A program made the translations under genes and the position numbers. Shown piece after piece: positions 27,089 to 40,746 of a stretch of 64,000 bases of DNA. The notes under the pieces are model-generated. The model ran no database searches. It was not told the DNA's origin and saw only the letters and a list, made by a program, of their open reading frames with translations. The stretch spans positions 21,390,001 through 21,454,000 of the forward strand of contig OX597814.1 in the NCBI GenBank assembly GCA_951406725.2, read 5' to 3'. Source of the DNA: Octopus vulgaris (taxonomy: Eukaryota). Within the stretch, counting starts at the first letter, position 1, and each line of letters begins with the position of its first letter.

Positions 27089-27481
27089 CTAGCAGTATTG
27101 CCCGGCGTTGCTCGTTTTTTTTTTTCGACCCTTTAAAATTGGAATTTTTGAAAAGTAAAACTTTTGCATTATGTAGCTTGTTATTCCCTTTAAGTGAACA
27201 TTTTTCTGTTGAAATACACCGAAAAAGGGCGATACATCAGTCAAAAAATCGTAAAAAATAGGGATTTTCATAGAAAAAAAGCACCTTTTTAATGTTAATA
27301 AGTTTTGGTGTTAACATGGTCCGATTTGAATTTTTTCTTCTACGGAAGGAAGAGCAAGCCTTCCTCTATCATACTCTCAATTCTGCCCAACTTGCGCCGG
27401 AGGGTCTCGGGGGAGATAGTGTTAGTTGAAGGCTACCAATCCTGCCACACACAGACAACTTCAGCTTTATATATAGAGAGA
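27089..27481 (-). mobile_element. Non-autonomous Helitron
   Basis: Minus strand begins A|TCTCTCTATATATAAAG and ends CGAGCAACGCCGGGCAATACTG-CTAG|T: TC/CTAG ends, A|T target, no TSD, eroded GC-rich subterminal hairpin. Confidence 0.8.
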
Positions 27482-30400
27482 TTTATATCTATCCAATGCT
27501 GATTGTCCGATGGAAATTTATAAAGTGAACTCTGGGTAGTCTCAGTGTTAGTAATGAATGAAATGAGATTGAGAGCCTGAAATTCTTGAAGCAATATCAA
27601 ACAGCTGCGTAGATAGTAAACATTTCATTTTAAAATAGAATTTACTGCTTCTTATATACTTTTTTTAAAATTTTCTTTTTGAGTCTTGGAGCAACCAGTC
27701 AAGATTAATGTTATTCTTGCATTATAAATTGTTATATCGCAACATTTACAACAACAACAACAGCAACAACAATGATGGCAGCATCAGCAGTAGCTGCAGT
27801 TCCCACAAACACAACATCAAATCAATTACTAAAATGCTAAAGAATAACAAGCAAGTCAGGCTGCATTAAAAATTCTATTTTTTTACTGTTATAAATTTTT
27901 CTTCAATCTGACGTCATATTCAGTTTGATTTCCTAATGAGTTTAATTAGGAAGTAGAAACTGGAAATTGGAGGAAAGCTTAAAATAAATTTAAATGTGTC
28001 TGTATGTGTGCGTGTGTGCCGTGGATAAGGAGGATACGTATTGAAATGCAGGAGTGAATTAGTTGTACAAGTCTTTTCATTCGCCTTGTTTCCTCTAATA
28101 ACTTCCGACCATGTAGCGTAGATATTTCCTTAATGCTGACTTTATTTAAACGAAGTTTAAGAATATTTATACGTATTGTGTGGTTTGATTAAGCTAAAGT
28201 GAGACGGTGTTATTGCAAGAAAGAGTTGGGGCAGGGATGATAAACTAATTACACATAGATATACAAATAGTTCTTTGACCTTTCAATGCACATATTTGTC
28301 TATATGAAACGGGGTGGGGGAGAGATAGTGAGATAACAGTAAACGAGTAAGTTGTCTGTTTGATTACTGAGCTCGACATGCATTGACTACACACAGCGTT
28401 GCCTCTCACTCAATCTTCACGGGAGGATTGCCCTTCCTCTCTCTTCCTCTCTCATCATGCCTCTCCTCCACTTTCTTTCCCCCCTCTTCCTTCCTCCTCC
28501 CCCTCTCTCTCCCTCTCTATCTCTTTCCTTTTCATTTAACAAATTGATTCTGACAGATAGAATAGTTTAGCTCAATTAACTGCCTAACTACGCCATTCCA
28601 AGGGAAGAAAATACAGCGTGCAGTATAAACATTATTATGCAACTAAAAGCTGATGATTTTCAAAATAATGTAACGCAAGCTGAACAGGATATTTGAGACA
28701 ATTGAAAACTAGTGAAGATTGTATTATTTAAAATTATTTGTATTAGCTACAAAACAGCCTTCAGCAAATCAACGTTCTGAAGGAAATTCGATACTTTGAG
28801 CAGATGCAACTTTAACAGATATACACTGTTTTGAGAAATGGAGCATATGCTACACTATCGAATATTAATGGTACAGTGCGGGCCAGGTGGTTGAAATATA
28901 GTGATATGATCAATAGATCAAAATTTATAAACGTCAAGCCATTGAGGTGCTTAAAATTCTGAGAAAAATTCCAAATGAGATTACAACATGCAGGAGAGAA
29001 ACATGATGTAAATGTTGTGATAATGTAAAAGAAGCCATAGTGTTTTACTTGCCGATCTTTCTGCTCTCATCAAAACGAAAAGCAGCTGTATCATCCGGGT
29101 TCAACGAAGGAGTTTCTTCGCGGTTGCTTAACCTGTTAGAAAGCGCAACCAACTCCAACTCAAATCCCGACCTATTATCCTAACACTTGAAAATGGCAGC
29201 AGAATTTTACTTACCTGCGCTCAACAATCTTAAAAAGAATAGGTATGGATCTGAAAGAGAAATATTGCGAGACAGGCTGAACAACTTACTCTTATTAATG
29301 CTTCAGATCATAACGATCAACAAAAACAGAGATAACTCAGGGCCCTGAAGATTTAAGTAGATGAACGATAAGCCGATATATGATACTGGACTTATACATG
29401 TATTTATTTTGAATTTTCTATCGAGAACATAAGTATAAAACATAAATATTGTTACGCAACTAAATTAATATTCACTCGTAGATCTCCTCAATTAGAGATG
29501 GTTTGAAGCTTATCGACTATAACAATAACAATAAAATGTTATAACTTCCAACACAGATGCCAAGAATAATCATTAATAACTCCGTACGTAAAAACAATAA
29601 CAGAAGTCACGTGTTTCACTGGCATTAAGTATTTCGTAGAAAAATAGCATCCTCCACAGAAGCAGCAGCAGCAGCAAAATAAGCATAATACAGAGAAAAG
29701 GTATCATAAGCCAAAAGCAAAGAAAGAAAGTAGTCTCTGGAAAACAAAACCCAAACTGATCAGTAAAATAGCCTGCCATCCGCTAATCTAGATCTTAACA
29801 GAGATATGAATATATCAGGGAGATGATTAACGACTTGGTAAAGAAACGAAAATAGAAAACTTTTAATCATAGTAAGGTGGTTGTAGGTATGAAGGAACCC
29901 TCTTTAAGAGGCAAAATAAACATAGGATTAATCAGTTAATCCTGTGTTAATAAACATAGGATTAATCAGTTGAATATCTACAGAAGTATAAAACTGATGC
30001 AATGAAGTTGTGCCTGTTATTTAATTCTTAAGTCAACCCTTATGATCGATGGTGTAACTTTTTCTAAATCTCAGATTACATTATCAGATTTGTCCCTCCA
30101 TTTTTTACGAGGATACGATGTAATTTTAACGAGATTTAGCGGCTATTTCTAGCAAATAAGGTAATTGCATATGTGTTTTCCCTTCGGACCTAGATGTAGT
30201 GAAGCTCCTTGCTAATGTATGAGGCTAACTTTTTACAAATGAGGTCGGGTTGTTTAAACGCTCAATTTTGAAACAGTTACCCATTTTCTTCTCTATTCAA
30301 AGACACATATACCTCATCTTCATTACAAGCAACAAGCAAAACTGGTCGATTCTTTTTTACCTTTACAAAATCCACAGCACCTTTTTCATGAAATTTCTTA

Positions 30401-30707
30401 AATTCCTTCTCCCGAGTGTGATTAAAATTAACAATATTTCTCACCCAAATTGCCGGCCTTGTACCTAATTTAGAAATGATAATAGAAAGACGTACTTTAC
30501 TTTCTTCTCTTGCTGGTAATAAACCAGTTGCTGCATACATTCCCCTTCCAAAATTTTTAAACATTTATTGTTTAAATCAATTAATGTAAAAAAACATTCA
30601 TACATCTTACTTCCTGTTTCTTCCCAACAGATTCATACACGCACATACACACGCAGATACATATAAACACATATATTTACATATACATCTCTTCCCCACT
30701 TCTTTCT

Positions 30708-30741
<34 letters not shown>

Positions 30742-30833
30742 TGCCCTTTTTCTCTCTCTTAATATACATACATATATATGTGTGTGTATGTATGTATAAG
30801 AATGAGTGAAAAAGATGTAAATATGATTATAAG

Positions 30834-30875
<42 letters not shown>

Positions 30876-30883
30876 TACATACA

Positions 30884-30959
<76 letters not shown>

Positions 30960-30961
<2 letters not shown>

Positions 30962-31336
30962 CGCAGGAGTGGCTGTGTGGTAAGTAGCTTGTCTACCAAC
31001 CACATGGCTCCGGGTTCAGTCCCACTGCGTAGCACCTTGGGCAAGTGTCTTCTACTATAGCCTCGTGCCGACCAAAGCCTTGTGAGTGGATTTGGTAGAC
31101 GGAAACTGAAAGAAGCCCGTCGTATATATATATGCGTGTGTGTGTTTGTGTGTCTGTATTTGTCCCCTAGCATTGCTTGACAACCGATGCTGGTGTGTTT
31201 ATGTCCCCGTTACTTAGCGGTTCGATAAAAGATACCGATAGAATAAGTACTGGGCTTACAAAAGAATAAGTCCCGATTAAAGGCGGTGCTCCAGCATGGC
31301 CGCAGTCAAATGACTGAAACAAGTAAAAGAGTAAAA
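30960..31336 (+). mobile_element. SINE family 1, near full length
   Basis: Collinear with 9515-9960, with a short 3' deletion. Confidence 0.9.
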
Positions 31337-32499
31337 TAGTATATATATATGAATATATATCTGTGTTAGTGTGTGTGTGTGTGTGTGTGACTGGGACTGT
31401 TCTTTGCATGTGCGTTGAAGAAGCACAATTATAGGCTTCGGTATTCCTGTACTATATAAATACGTACACGCTAGTAAAATGTACTAAAGTATGTTTAAGG
31501 AAGATTAAATTATATCGTCTTGACAGAAATGGGGGAAATGCCAGATCGAATCAATCTTTTCTGTATAGTCCATTAGAATTTATAGCTTAAAAGTTGACTG
31601 AAAATTGATCAGTGAAAATCGAATGTTGAATCTTATCTGAATATAAACTAGCAAGAAGGAAATATATATTTAGCCATACCATTGTAATATATTTATTTAT
31701 AGTTTCCAGTTTAGACAAATATTATGAGAGGATGTAATTTTTGTATTTACAAGAAAGAAATGACATAAATTATGTATGTCTTGTCTCCTTGTACAAAATG
31801 TTTCTTCGTACAAGATGAACTGCAGCTAGCGTGAATGACAAAATAGTCAAAGATCAGATGTGAGGCATTTTGATCAGAAGAGTGAGAGGGAGAAAGAGAG
31901 AGAGGGGGAGAGAGTCTCAGTGTCTGTATGTGTGTGTGTGTGTGGGGGGGGGGGGTGCCGTCTGGGTATTTGGGTATTTGCAAGTATGTTGCGTGTTACA
32001 CATCCCGATGATTGCTTTTGTATGCATGTCGGTTAGAGGGAAAGTGGGAGAAAAGAAGAAATGTTGTGTATGTTTATGAGTGTATTTACGAATGTATTCA
32101 TGTATATGTTTGTTGGGGGGGGGGGAGTATACGTCTGCGATTTTGCAATGCTTTTACAATGTGAAAGATAAAGCGAGAGAGATTAAGAGAAAGACAGACT
32201 AAGGAACTTTCTGCGTATGATGTGGGTTGTCTGTTGATCTTCCACATCTCCAATGCTTTTTCACGTGCATAAGAAAGAGAGAAAGAGAGCGGGACAGACA
32301 GGCAGACGGGGAGATAAAGAGAGAGAAGGGGAGAGGGGAAAGAGAGAAATTGCGCATGGGTACGTAGATGTATGAATCTGGGAGTGTCTGTACAGGTGTT
32401 TGTATGTATGCGCCAGCTGTATTCAATTACCTCTGGGGGAAAAAAATCGGTTATATGTTAACTATTTTAGACCACTCCAGCTCTCTCTCTCTTGTTTGT

Positions 32500-32692
32500 A
32501 TATATGTGTATGTATGCATGTATGTATGTATGTATATATGTATGTATGCATGTATGTATGTATGTATGTATGTATGTATGTATGTATGCATGTATGTATG
32601 TATGTATGCATGTATGTATGTATGTATGTATGTATGTATGTATGTATATGTATGTATGTATGCATATGTATGTATGTATGTATGTATGTATA
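32500..32692. repeat. (TATG)n microsatellite
   Basis: Read directly; similar arrays at 19108-19285 and 19755-19880. Confidence 0.95.
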
Positions 32693-32774
32693 CGTGTTTC
32701 TTTTATTTTTAATTATTTAAATTTTAAGGAGGAAGTCCCACTATTTAAATTAAATAACACAAACTATATATGTT

Positions 32775-33108
32775 ATGAATTGAAATTTAGACAAGTCTTA
32801 CACAATTTTTACTACATGTAAGGTGGTGACCTTCTTTGTCTGAAAACTCTAACATTCGACTTAAATTTTTACTAATATAGATAAATGCACCAATAGCTAT
32901 GGGTATAATAGCGAATTTATTGATCAGAGACACGGCAAGTTGTAAAGCATTTGTCCAAAAATATTCACCTTCTCGCTGACTTTGGGTGAAATGTTCGCAT
33001 CTGCAGGGCAGCTGACTTCAATAATTGCATCTGACTTTGATTTCCCAAAGAACTACATGTCTTGTTATTTTTGCTCTTGGTGTAAGTTTTTATGGAAATA
33101 TTCTCGTT

Positions 33109-33140
<32 letters not shown>

Positions 33141-33790
33141 TGTATGTATGTATGTATGTATGTATGTATTATGTAATTTATAACTGAGACTTTGTATTAT
33201 CCCACGGAAGTCTTTTCTATGGCTGACATTGGAGACTGTTTTAGCAATAAAGTCATTTCACATTTGAATGCCGAAACAGGACTTTTGGTGCCAGCTGCTG
33301 GTCTCGTGTGTAATATCTTCCACAGAAACGAGACATAATGGACATTTCCAGTTGTACCTTAGTGATTTAAGAGTTCCATAGTGCTTCTTAAGGAGTTCAC
33401 TGTAGACCTGGCGGCCATTGTTCACTTCACACGAGAGCAATTCGTTGTTTTGCAACAGTTGTTTAAGTGATGCTATGTGGCACTTAGAGGCTGTCAATAC
33501 GTTTATCCTAAGCTTCTTTCTCCCCTTGTTCTTCTGACATAGAGTCTATCGATAGCATAGTTTTTGTGGGCGCTTGCAGTTGATGTAAGTATCTTGTGTA
33601 ATTTAATCTTCTTTCTATGTATACTTGTCAAGTATCCCATATGCAGATACTGTAATTTCATTGTGAAGTGTCATTACGTTGTAAGAGGAAAACTCAGACT
33701 GCCAGATTGCCATTATGTATTTTTTTGTTCACTTTCAGGGATATAATTTTCTTTGGTCATTCTATCTTTGTACAGAGCACCGTGATATCT
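32775..33790 (-). mobile_element. Decayed RLE-type (R4-like) LINE related to the 11.8-13.1 kb copy
   Basis: Minus strand: KILTSTASAHKNYAIDRLYVRRTRGERSL, KCPLCLVSVEDITH, IIEVSCPADANISPKVSEK, IIPIAIGA. Interrupted by (TATG)n. Confidence 0.75.
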
Positions 33791-34751
33791 TTTCAGCTAT
33801 AAGTTAGCTTTTCATAACACTTATCGTGTAGTACAAGGAAGATAGAGATTAAGTATTTATGGATGGATGGAGGTTTTATTTTTCAATTTTTTATCAATAA
33901 GGATCCTATTTCTAGTCCAGAGCCAAGCCCTTTTCAGGATAATTGAAGCAACATCTAGAAGGTCATGTATACGTGTATGTATAAATGTTTCTTTTACTGC
34001 AATTAATTTAGAGTTAATTTTGACCAAGCACCTGCTTAGTGACTAGGTTTTGAAGGAAAACATCTTGTTTCGTTCATCATCCTTTACATCTTAAGGAAAT
34101 CTCCTATGTATCATGATCGTTCGTAGCGTATGAATTAGAGAGTTGCATTCTTTCTGCAAGAACCCAAGTTCAGACATACTTTGCTCCATATATGTTGGTG
34201 TGTACCTTGTTGTCCAATATGAATAGGTATAAAACATCTTGAGTACTGGAGTTGCGAACTTCTCACCAATGGTACATAAATTTTTTCCTTCTCCTGTATT
34301 TTTCTGAACACTCTGGTGATCATAGAGCAGTTGATTTTCATATCAGAGCATATATAAGCAATTACGTACGCATGTACCTACGGATGTTATGTTAAGTATG
34401 CATGTATGTATTTATATTTGTATATTTGTACGGATGTATATACGTATCTATGTATGCATATGCAAACGTGTGGCATGCTTGCAAGCATGAATGTAATTGA
34501 TTGCACCTTGTGGAACCCGCATGTTCTGGTCTATGCATATATACACATATACATATGTTTGTAACACTACTCATGTGTAATGAGCACTAATTACAGGCTA
34601 AATTTTCACAGTTCCATTAATCGCTGGCAGTTGTAATTTTTAATAATTAATGGTTTTCGTTCATGTTTTCTGAAGCCCGGATTTTCAAGACTGGTAGTGA
34701 GGCTACATATTTCAGTTTTCCAATATATACAAGTATGAACGTTTCTATGTA

Positions 34752-34816
<65 letters not shown>

Positions 34817-35467
34817 CATATATATATATACACACACACATATATATGTAAGTATATATATATATAATGTACATGGGGTTGGAGTGTCTGCAGATTTCAT
34901 ATTAGAGATGCATATATGTTTTCTTTATGAGTTTTCATTAACATAAGGTTAACATCTGCTGCGCAGCTGCATTCCACTGCTGTGCGCATTTAGCATGCAT
35001 GCACATACGTAAGCTTGCGCCTATGCATTTATGCATGAATGGATGGATGGATTGATGGATGGATGTATATTTGTATTTAACAGAAATCCATGCGACGTAT
35101 ATGCAACTATAAACATTCACACAAATACACACAATTATAGAGGCGCACTAATGCATACACACACACAAACTTACACACACTCACACACACAAACACACGA
35201 ATGTGGGTATAGAGTGATTTGCATAGATGCTATATATCTTACAACTTTTGTATGTGTATGGGCTTGTGTATGATTGTATGTACATACTATAAATATATGT
35301 ATAAATATACGTGTTTTTTTCTTCTTTTCACCACCATTCCTCCTTTTTTTGTGATGAAGGTTCAGTGTCCGAAGCATAAGAGCTCCTTTTCCTCTCATTT
35401 TACGTCTTATAATAATAACACATATGGTATCACGTGTTCCTTTCTTGCTTGTGTAAATTTATATATG

Positions 35468-35546
<79 letters not shown>

Positions 35547-35869
35547 GCAACACACACATGCAAACCTACATACACTACCATGCACGCATACACGCTCACC
35601 CACATAGATATGAATAAATATTTATATATTATATGTATACATACATATATATGTGTCTGTATATGTGTGTTTGTGCGCGTGCGTATGTATTTGTAATTGC
35701 ACACAATAATAGCATAAAGTTGTATATCATTGACAAAAACACTGAACCGAATACTACAGATTTATATATATCTGTGTGTTTGTGTATGCTGGTGTGTGTG
35801 TGTGTGTGTGTGTGTGTGCATGCGCGTGTGTGCGCGCGCGTGTACGTGTGCATGTGACCCTCCTGTCGA

Positions 35870-36140
35870 AGACGGCGAATGAGCATTCAGCTTTTACCGA
35901 ACGACCTGCACAGATGATTTGTTTATAGCGATGAAATGTTCGTGCTGCACATGAGCTCACTCTCAACATCATATTAGCATTGTTTAAACAGGGGTACTGT
36001 GTACCACGCATCAAGTGTCGAATTGAACGCAGAGCAACGTAAGATGAAGTCTTTTACTCATGAACACAACGCACCAGCCGGTACAGGAATTGAAATCACG
36101 ACCGTTAAATCGTGTGTGCAACACCAATAAACCATGCGTC
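35870..36140 (-). mobile_element. Old tRNA-head SINE (third family)
   Basis: Minus strand TGCGTTGTGTTCATGAGTAAAAGACTTCATCTTACGTTGCTC matches 25470-25512. Confidence 0.55.
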
Positions 36141-36321
36141 CTTACTATATATATAATCTGGATATTCTACTAGTGTAGATGCAAGCGCTAATAAATGATT
36201 TATAATATATGATTTATAAAAACATGTCATATATTAATAAAAATATGTAAATATAAAACCATCTAGATTTCTGAGTACCTTATTTCTTCTAATATATAAT
36301 ACCTGTACATCACCTCCAAAC

Positions 36322-36455
<134 letters not shown>

Positions 36456-36748
36456 TGTATGTATACATATATCTTTTAACTTTGTTTATGAGAAACGTTT
36501 TGAATAATTCGCTTAACCTTCATATTGGTAAAAAAGGATAAACATCCCTCTGTTGCATATCCATTAATATGATATCGCCTGAATAAATAAATCCCTGAAG
36601 ATGATCAACCCGATGCCCTCAGATACAATGAACTACACTGTAATCATCCCAGGAATACGGACTGTGATCTTAAGAGACATGTGATTTGCGAAAACGTGCA
36701 ATATATAATCTAATTATGGCCAGTTCTTTCGCCTCTCATGAACATTGT

Positions 36749-36810
<62 letters not shown>

Positions 36811-37042
36811 AATCGCTTGTATTCAACGGTATACTTATTAAATACTCATGTAAAGACTGAAGTACATTCACATTAATCATGACAACTCATCTTTTCGGAC
36901 GACTATGATGTTCAGTTGTTTCCGTAAGTCTTCGAGAAAGAATGAGAGAATATGCGCGCGTGTGTGTGTATATATAGGTGTGTGTGTTTGTGTATTTTTG
37001 CGTATGAGATAGAGAAAGTGTGATAGATAGATGGAGAGAGAA

Positions 37043-37073
<31 letters not shown>

Positions 37074-37722
37074 AAGGGAGAGGGAGAGGAGATAGCGGTA
37101 AAGAACAGAAGTGGTACAGAACAAGAAATGAATGAGAGAAAATGGTGTAGCTAATGACAGAGATTTTGGAAAAATAGTACAGGATGATATTGACTATAAA
37201 GTAGTGTGTGATGTTAATAAATTGAATTTGTCTCATATTTCTCTATTAATGCTTCTTTATGTATACAATGATTTCTATAATCTGATTGTTTGAACATACT
37301 AACAATTTGAACTGTAACTGTTAGTAATGAAACAGAAGTTACAGATTCACTGGTTATTAAGTTGTAATTTGATTTCCCCCACCTCAGCCGCGAACGAACA
37401 TTTATGTCCAAGCTTTCGTTTTTCTCCTATTTTTGAAGTTTCCAGCTTATGACTATCATTGAAACCACTAAACTTGTAATTCTAACTGAATTTTAACAGT
37501 ATCAAATTACCTAATTATACCTCTAGAGTACACAAGCCAATATGAAAGAATAGAATCGCCGCATGATCATTCGAATTGCTACAAATAACAGCAGTATCTC
37601 CCTCAAGTTATACCTTAATGTCATAATAAAGAGGACTCATTAAATAATTTAGTCCCGTATATCATTTGAGCATTAATCTACACCAATCAGGATTGAATCA
37701 ACAAGATTCTTCCTCTAGTTCC

Positions 37723-37723
<1 letters not shown>

Positions 37724-37771
<48 letters not shown>

Positions 37772-37882
37772 TTTCTCTCTCTCTCTCTATTTTTCTTCTT
37801 CTTCTTCTTCTTCTTCTTCTTCTTCTTCTTCTTCTTCTTCTTCTTCTTCTTCTTCTTCTTCTTCTTCTTCTTCTTCTTCTTT
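37724..37882. repeat. (CT)n plus (CTT)n polypyrimidine tract
   Basis: Read directly from the sequence. Confidence 0.95.
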
Positions 37883-38614
37883 TTCTGACACATACACACA
37901 TGCACATTCTTTTTGTCACATGTCTTTATCACAATACAACTTTGTTTCTCTCGCTCCGTTTCTCATATCTGCAAGGTAAGCGAGCAACTAATGTGGAAGG
38001 CCATATATTTAGTTGCTGACATGCTTCATATAGTAACCAATTCCCTCTTATATTCCCTCCACCGTATTTAAAGAAAAGGTTGGAATCCATTGAATAACAT
38101 ATGCATTGTCAGCACAAAAATAAGCTCGATCAATTTTTAAACGTCTTTACCTAAAAATAAGAGAAAAAAAGTTGACCACCCACCAATCCGAGTCGTAATT
38201 AAAGCTGTTTACGCGTAACTTTTGATTTTAAACATTAAAAATTTTCTTACACAATTCTATTCAAAAGAATACCAAATGTACACTTCTTGATATTTTAAAT
38301 ACTACATAAAGTTTTTAATTATACAGAACAATTCAAAACTACCCTGTTCGTCTATTTTGTATATTTTAATCATGTTCGTTTTAACAAAGATATTGGCCCT
38401 TAAGTATAAAAGACGAAGTATCGTTTTGTTTATTTCTTCATGAAATTCCATGTGCAACTTTGTAAAATATATTTTCGTTCTAGGCACGTTATATCTGAAA
38501 AGATGTCAAGAATATTAATCACAGCTTCCCTATTCACCTAGGGACAGACAACAACCACATCTAACTATTTCATAATATCTGGTGTTCAGTAGAAATACCT
38601 CTATGTATTAATGT

Positions 38615-38913
38615 CTTTTTTTGGTTTGTTTCAGTCATTGGACCGCGGCCGAGCTGGGGCACCGTTTCAAAGGCTTTAGTGGAACAAATCGATCTCAGGA
38701 TTTATGTTTTAAAGTCTGGTATTTATCCTATCGTTTTCTTTTGCCGAACCGCTAAATTACGAGAACGTAAACAAATCAATACTGGCCGTCAACTGGTGTC
38801 ATACACAAAGACAAACAGTCGCACACACATCCACACACACACACACACACACACACGATACATACATACATACAGACAGACAGACCGGCAGGCAGACAGA
38901 CAGATAGACAGAC

Positions 38914-38986
<73 letters not shown>

Positions 38987-39022
38987 GATAGATAGATGAA
39001 TGGATGGATGGATGGATGGATG

Positions 39023-39053
<31 letters not shown>

Positions 39054-39122
39054 GGATAGATGGATAGATGGATAGATAGATAGATAGATGGATGGATGGA
39101 TGGATGGATGGATGGATGGATG

Positions 39123-39180
<58 letters not shown>

Positions 39181-39187
39181 AAGGTAA

Positions 39188-39233
<46 letters not shown>

Positions 39234-39350
39234 TCTTTGGCTTCTACTAAGCATTGGTCGACCAAGAGCTATAGATGATGCTTGCCCATGGGGAATGAAC
39301 CTGAAACCGCACAGTTGACACGTGGGATTCTTAAACACACAGTCATGCCC
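38615..39350 (-). mobile_element. Old SINE family 1 copy whose internal microsatellite has expanded to ~400 bp of GATA/GATG
   Basis: 3' half at 38615-38825 and decayed 5' half at 39232-39350. Confidence 0.65.
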
Positions 39351-39375
39351 ATGTCTTTATGTGTGTGTGTATGTA

Positions 39376-39419
<44 letters not shown>

Positions 39420-39983
39420 TTGTGATTATGTGCTTTTGTGTATTTTCATTTTCAGTTCAGTAATTACGTTAATTTCGAACATTCCTAAAAAGATACGAAG
39501 TTTGGAATTTGGGCAGAGAGTATAGTGGATCATATCCTTACCTGCAGTACTTAAAGAGCATTTATTTTAACTACACAATGAAAATGAAAGCCAAATTCTA
39601 AAATCAGAGCAATATATTTCAACTGTTAGAATATAGTATTCTTTGTTCATAACCCACAGATTTCACTCCACGAAAATTCTTCTCTTGAACCACTGTCTAT
39701 CTATATAAACGAACAACAGTACACTTATAATCGCTTATTCCTGAAAAATCAGTTGAATGATAAATAATAAACTGATTCTCAATTTATTTTTAAAATTAAT
39801 TTCAGGCGTAGGAGTGGCTGTGTGGTAAGTAGCTTGCTTACCAACCACACGGTTCCGGGTTCACCTTGGGCAATTGTCTTCTACTATAGCCTCGGAGCGA
39901 CCAAAGCCTTGTGAGTGGTAGACGGAAACTGAAATAAGCCCGTCGTATATATGTATATAGAAAAACAGGATGCAAAGGATTTA

Positions 39984-40070
39984 GCGGCACATATGTTTCT
40001 GGCTTTATTGGACAGTTTATATCAATGCATAATTGACGTAACATGTATGTCAATAGCCTTCTTCAGCCGC
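39984..40070 (-). ncRNA. Hammerhead ribozyme motif, left arm of the same inverted repeat
   Basis: Minus strand: GCGG-CUGAAGA-AGGCU...AGCCA-GAA-ACAUAUGU-G-CCGC. Helix I is perfect but the triplet is GUG, which normally does not cleave. Confidence 0.6.
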
Positions 40071-40659
40071 GCACAATTACCACACCAAAGACATGTATTA
40101 CATTATAGCAGGTTTGAGAAGTTTGGGAAAAAGACGAGTTTCGTTGGGGATGCAAATCCTCATAGTCGTATACAGCAGAGCGAGACACCAAAGCAAAACG
40201 TCCATACCGTTTTTCACTCGATATAGAATGAGGAGGTTGGATGTTGAGATAAAGAGAGAAGGAGTGGAAGGGGGTGAATCTTTAATAAGTTTGGGATCAT
40301 AAAGAGGAAAAATAGTAAGTGCAAAATGTAAGGGTAAAAATGTAAAAAAAGTAAGAGTAAAAAAATAAGTATATAAGTATATAAAGATACAAAGGATGTC
40401 CGCTTCTTTATCTTTATTTATTTATATTTCCATGTTATTTTTCACGTCTACACTGTCACAATACAGCTCTAGAAATTTAGACCAGACATACGACATCCTT
40501 TGTATCTTTATATACTTATATACTTATTTTTTTTTGTTTTGGTGTCTCGCTCTGCTGTATACGACTATGAGGATTTGCATCCCCAACGAAACTCGTCTTT
40601 TTCCCAAACTTCTCAAACCTGCTATAATGTAATACATGTCTTTGGTGTGGTAATTGTGC

Positions 40660-40746
40660 GCGGCTGAAGAAGGCTATTGACATACATGTTACATCAATTA
40701 TGCATTGATATAAACTGTCCAATAAAGCCAGAAACATATGTACCAC
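40660..40746 (+). ncRNA. Hammerhead ribozyme motif with long helix II, right arm of inverted repeat
   Basis: GCGG-CUGAAGA-A-GGCU-AUUG...CAAU-AA-AGCC-A-GAA-ACAUAUGU-A-CCAC. Perfect palindromic helix III and GUA triplet; one helix I mismatch. Confidence 0.7.

Noticed and set aside
36590-36705. CUGAAGA with a distant GAAA
   Set aside because: Helices I and III cannot be formed.
40561-40600. CUAUGA-GGAU(uugc)AUCC...GAAACUCGUC, a second hammerhead-like string in the 40 kb arms
   Set aside because: The core lacks G5 in both arms and there is no helix I.
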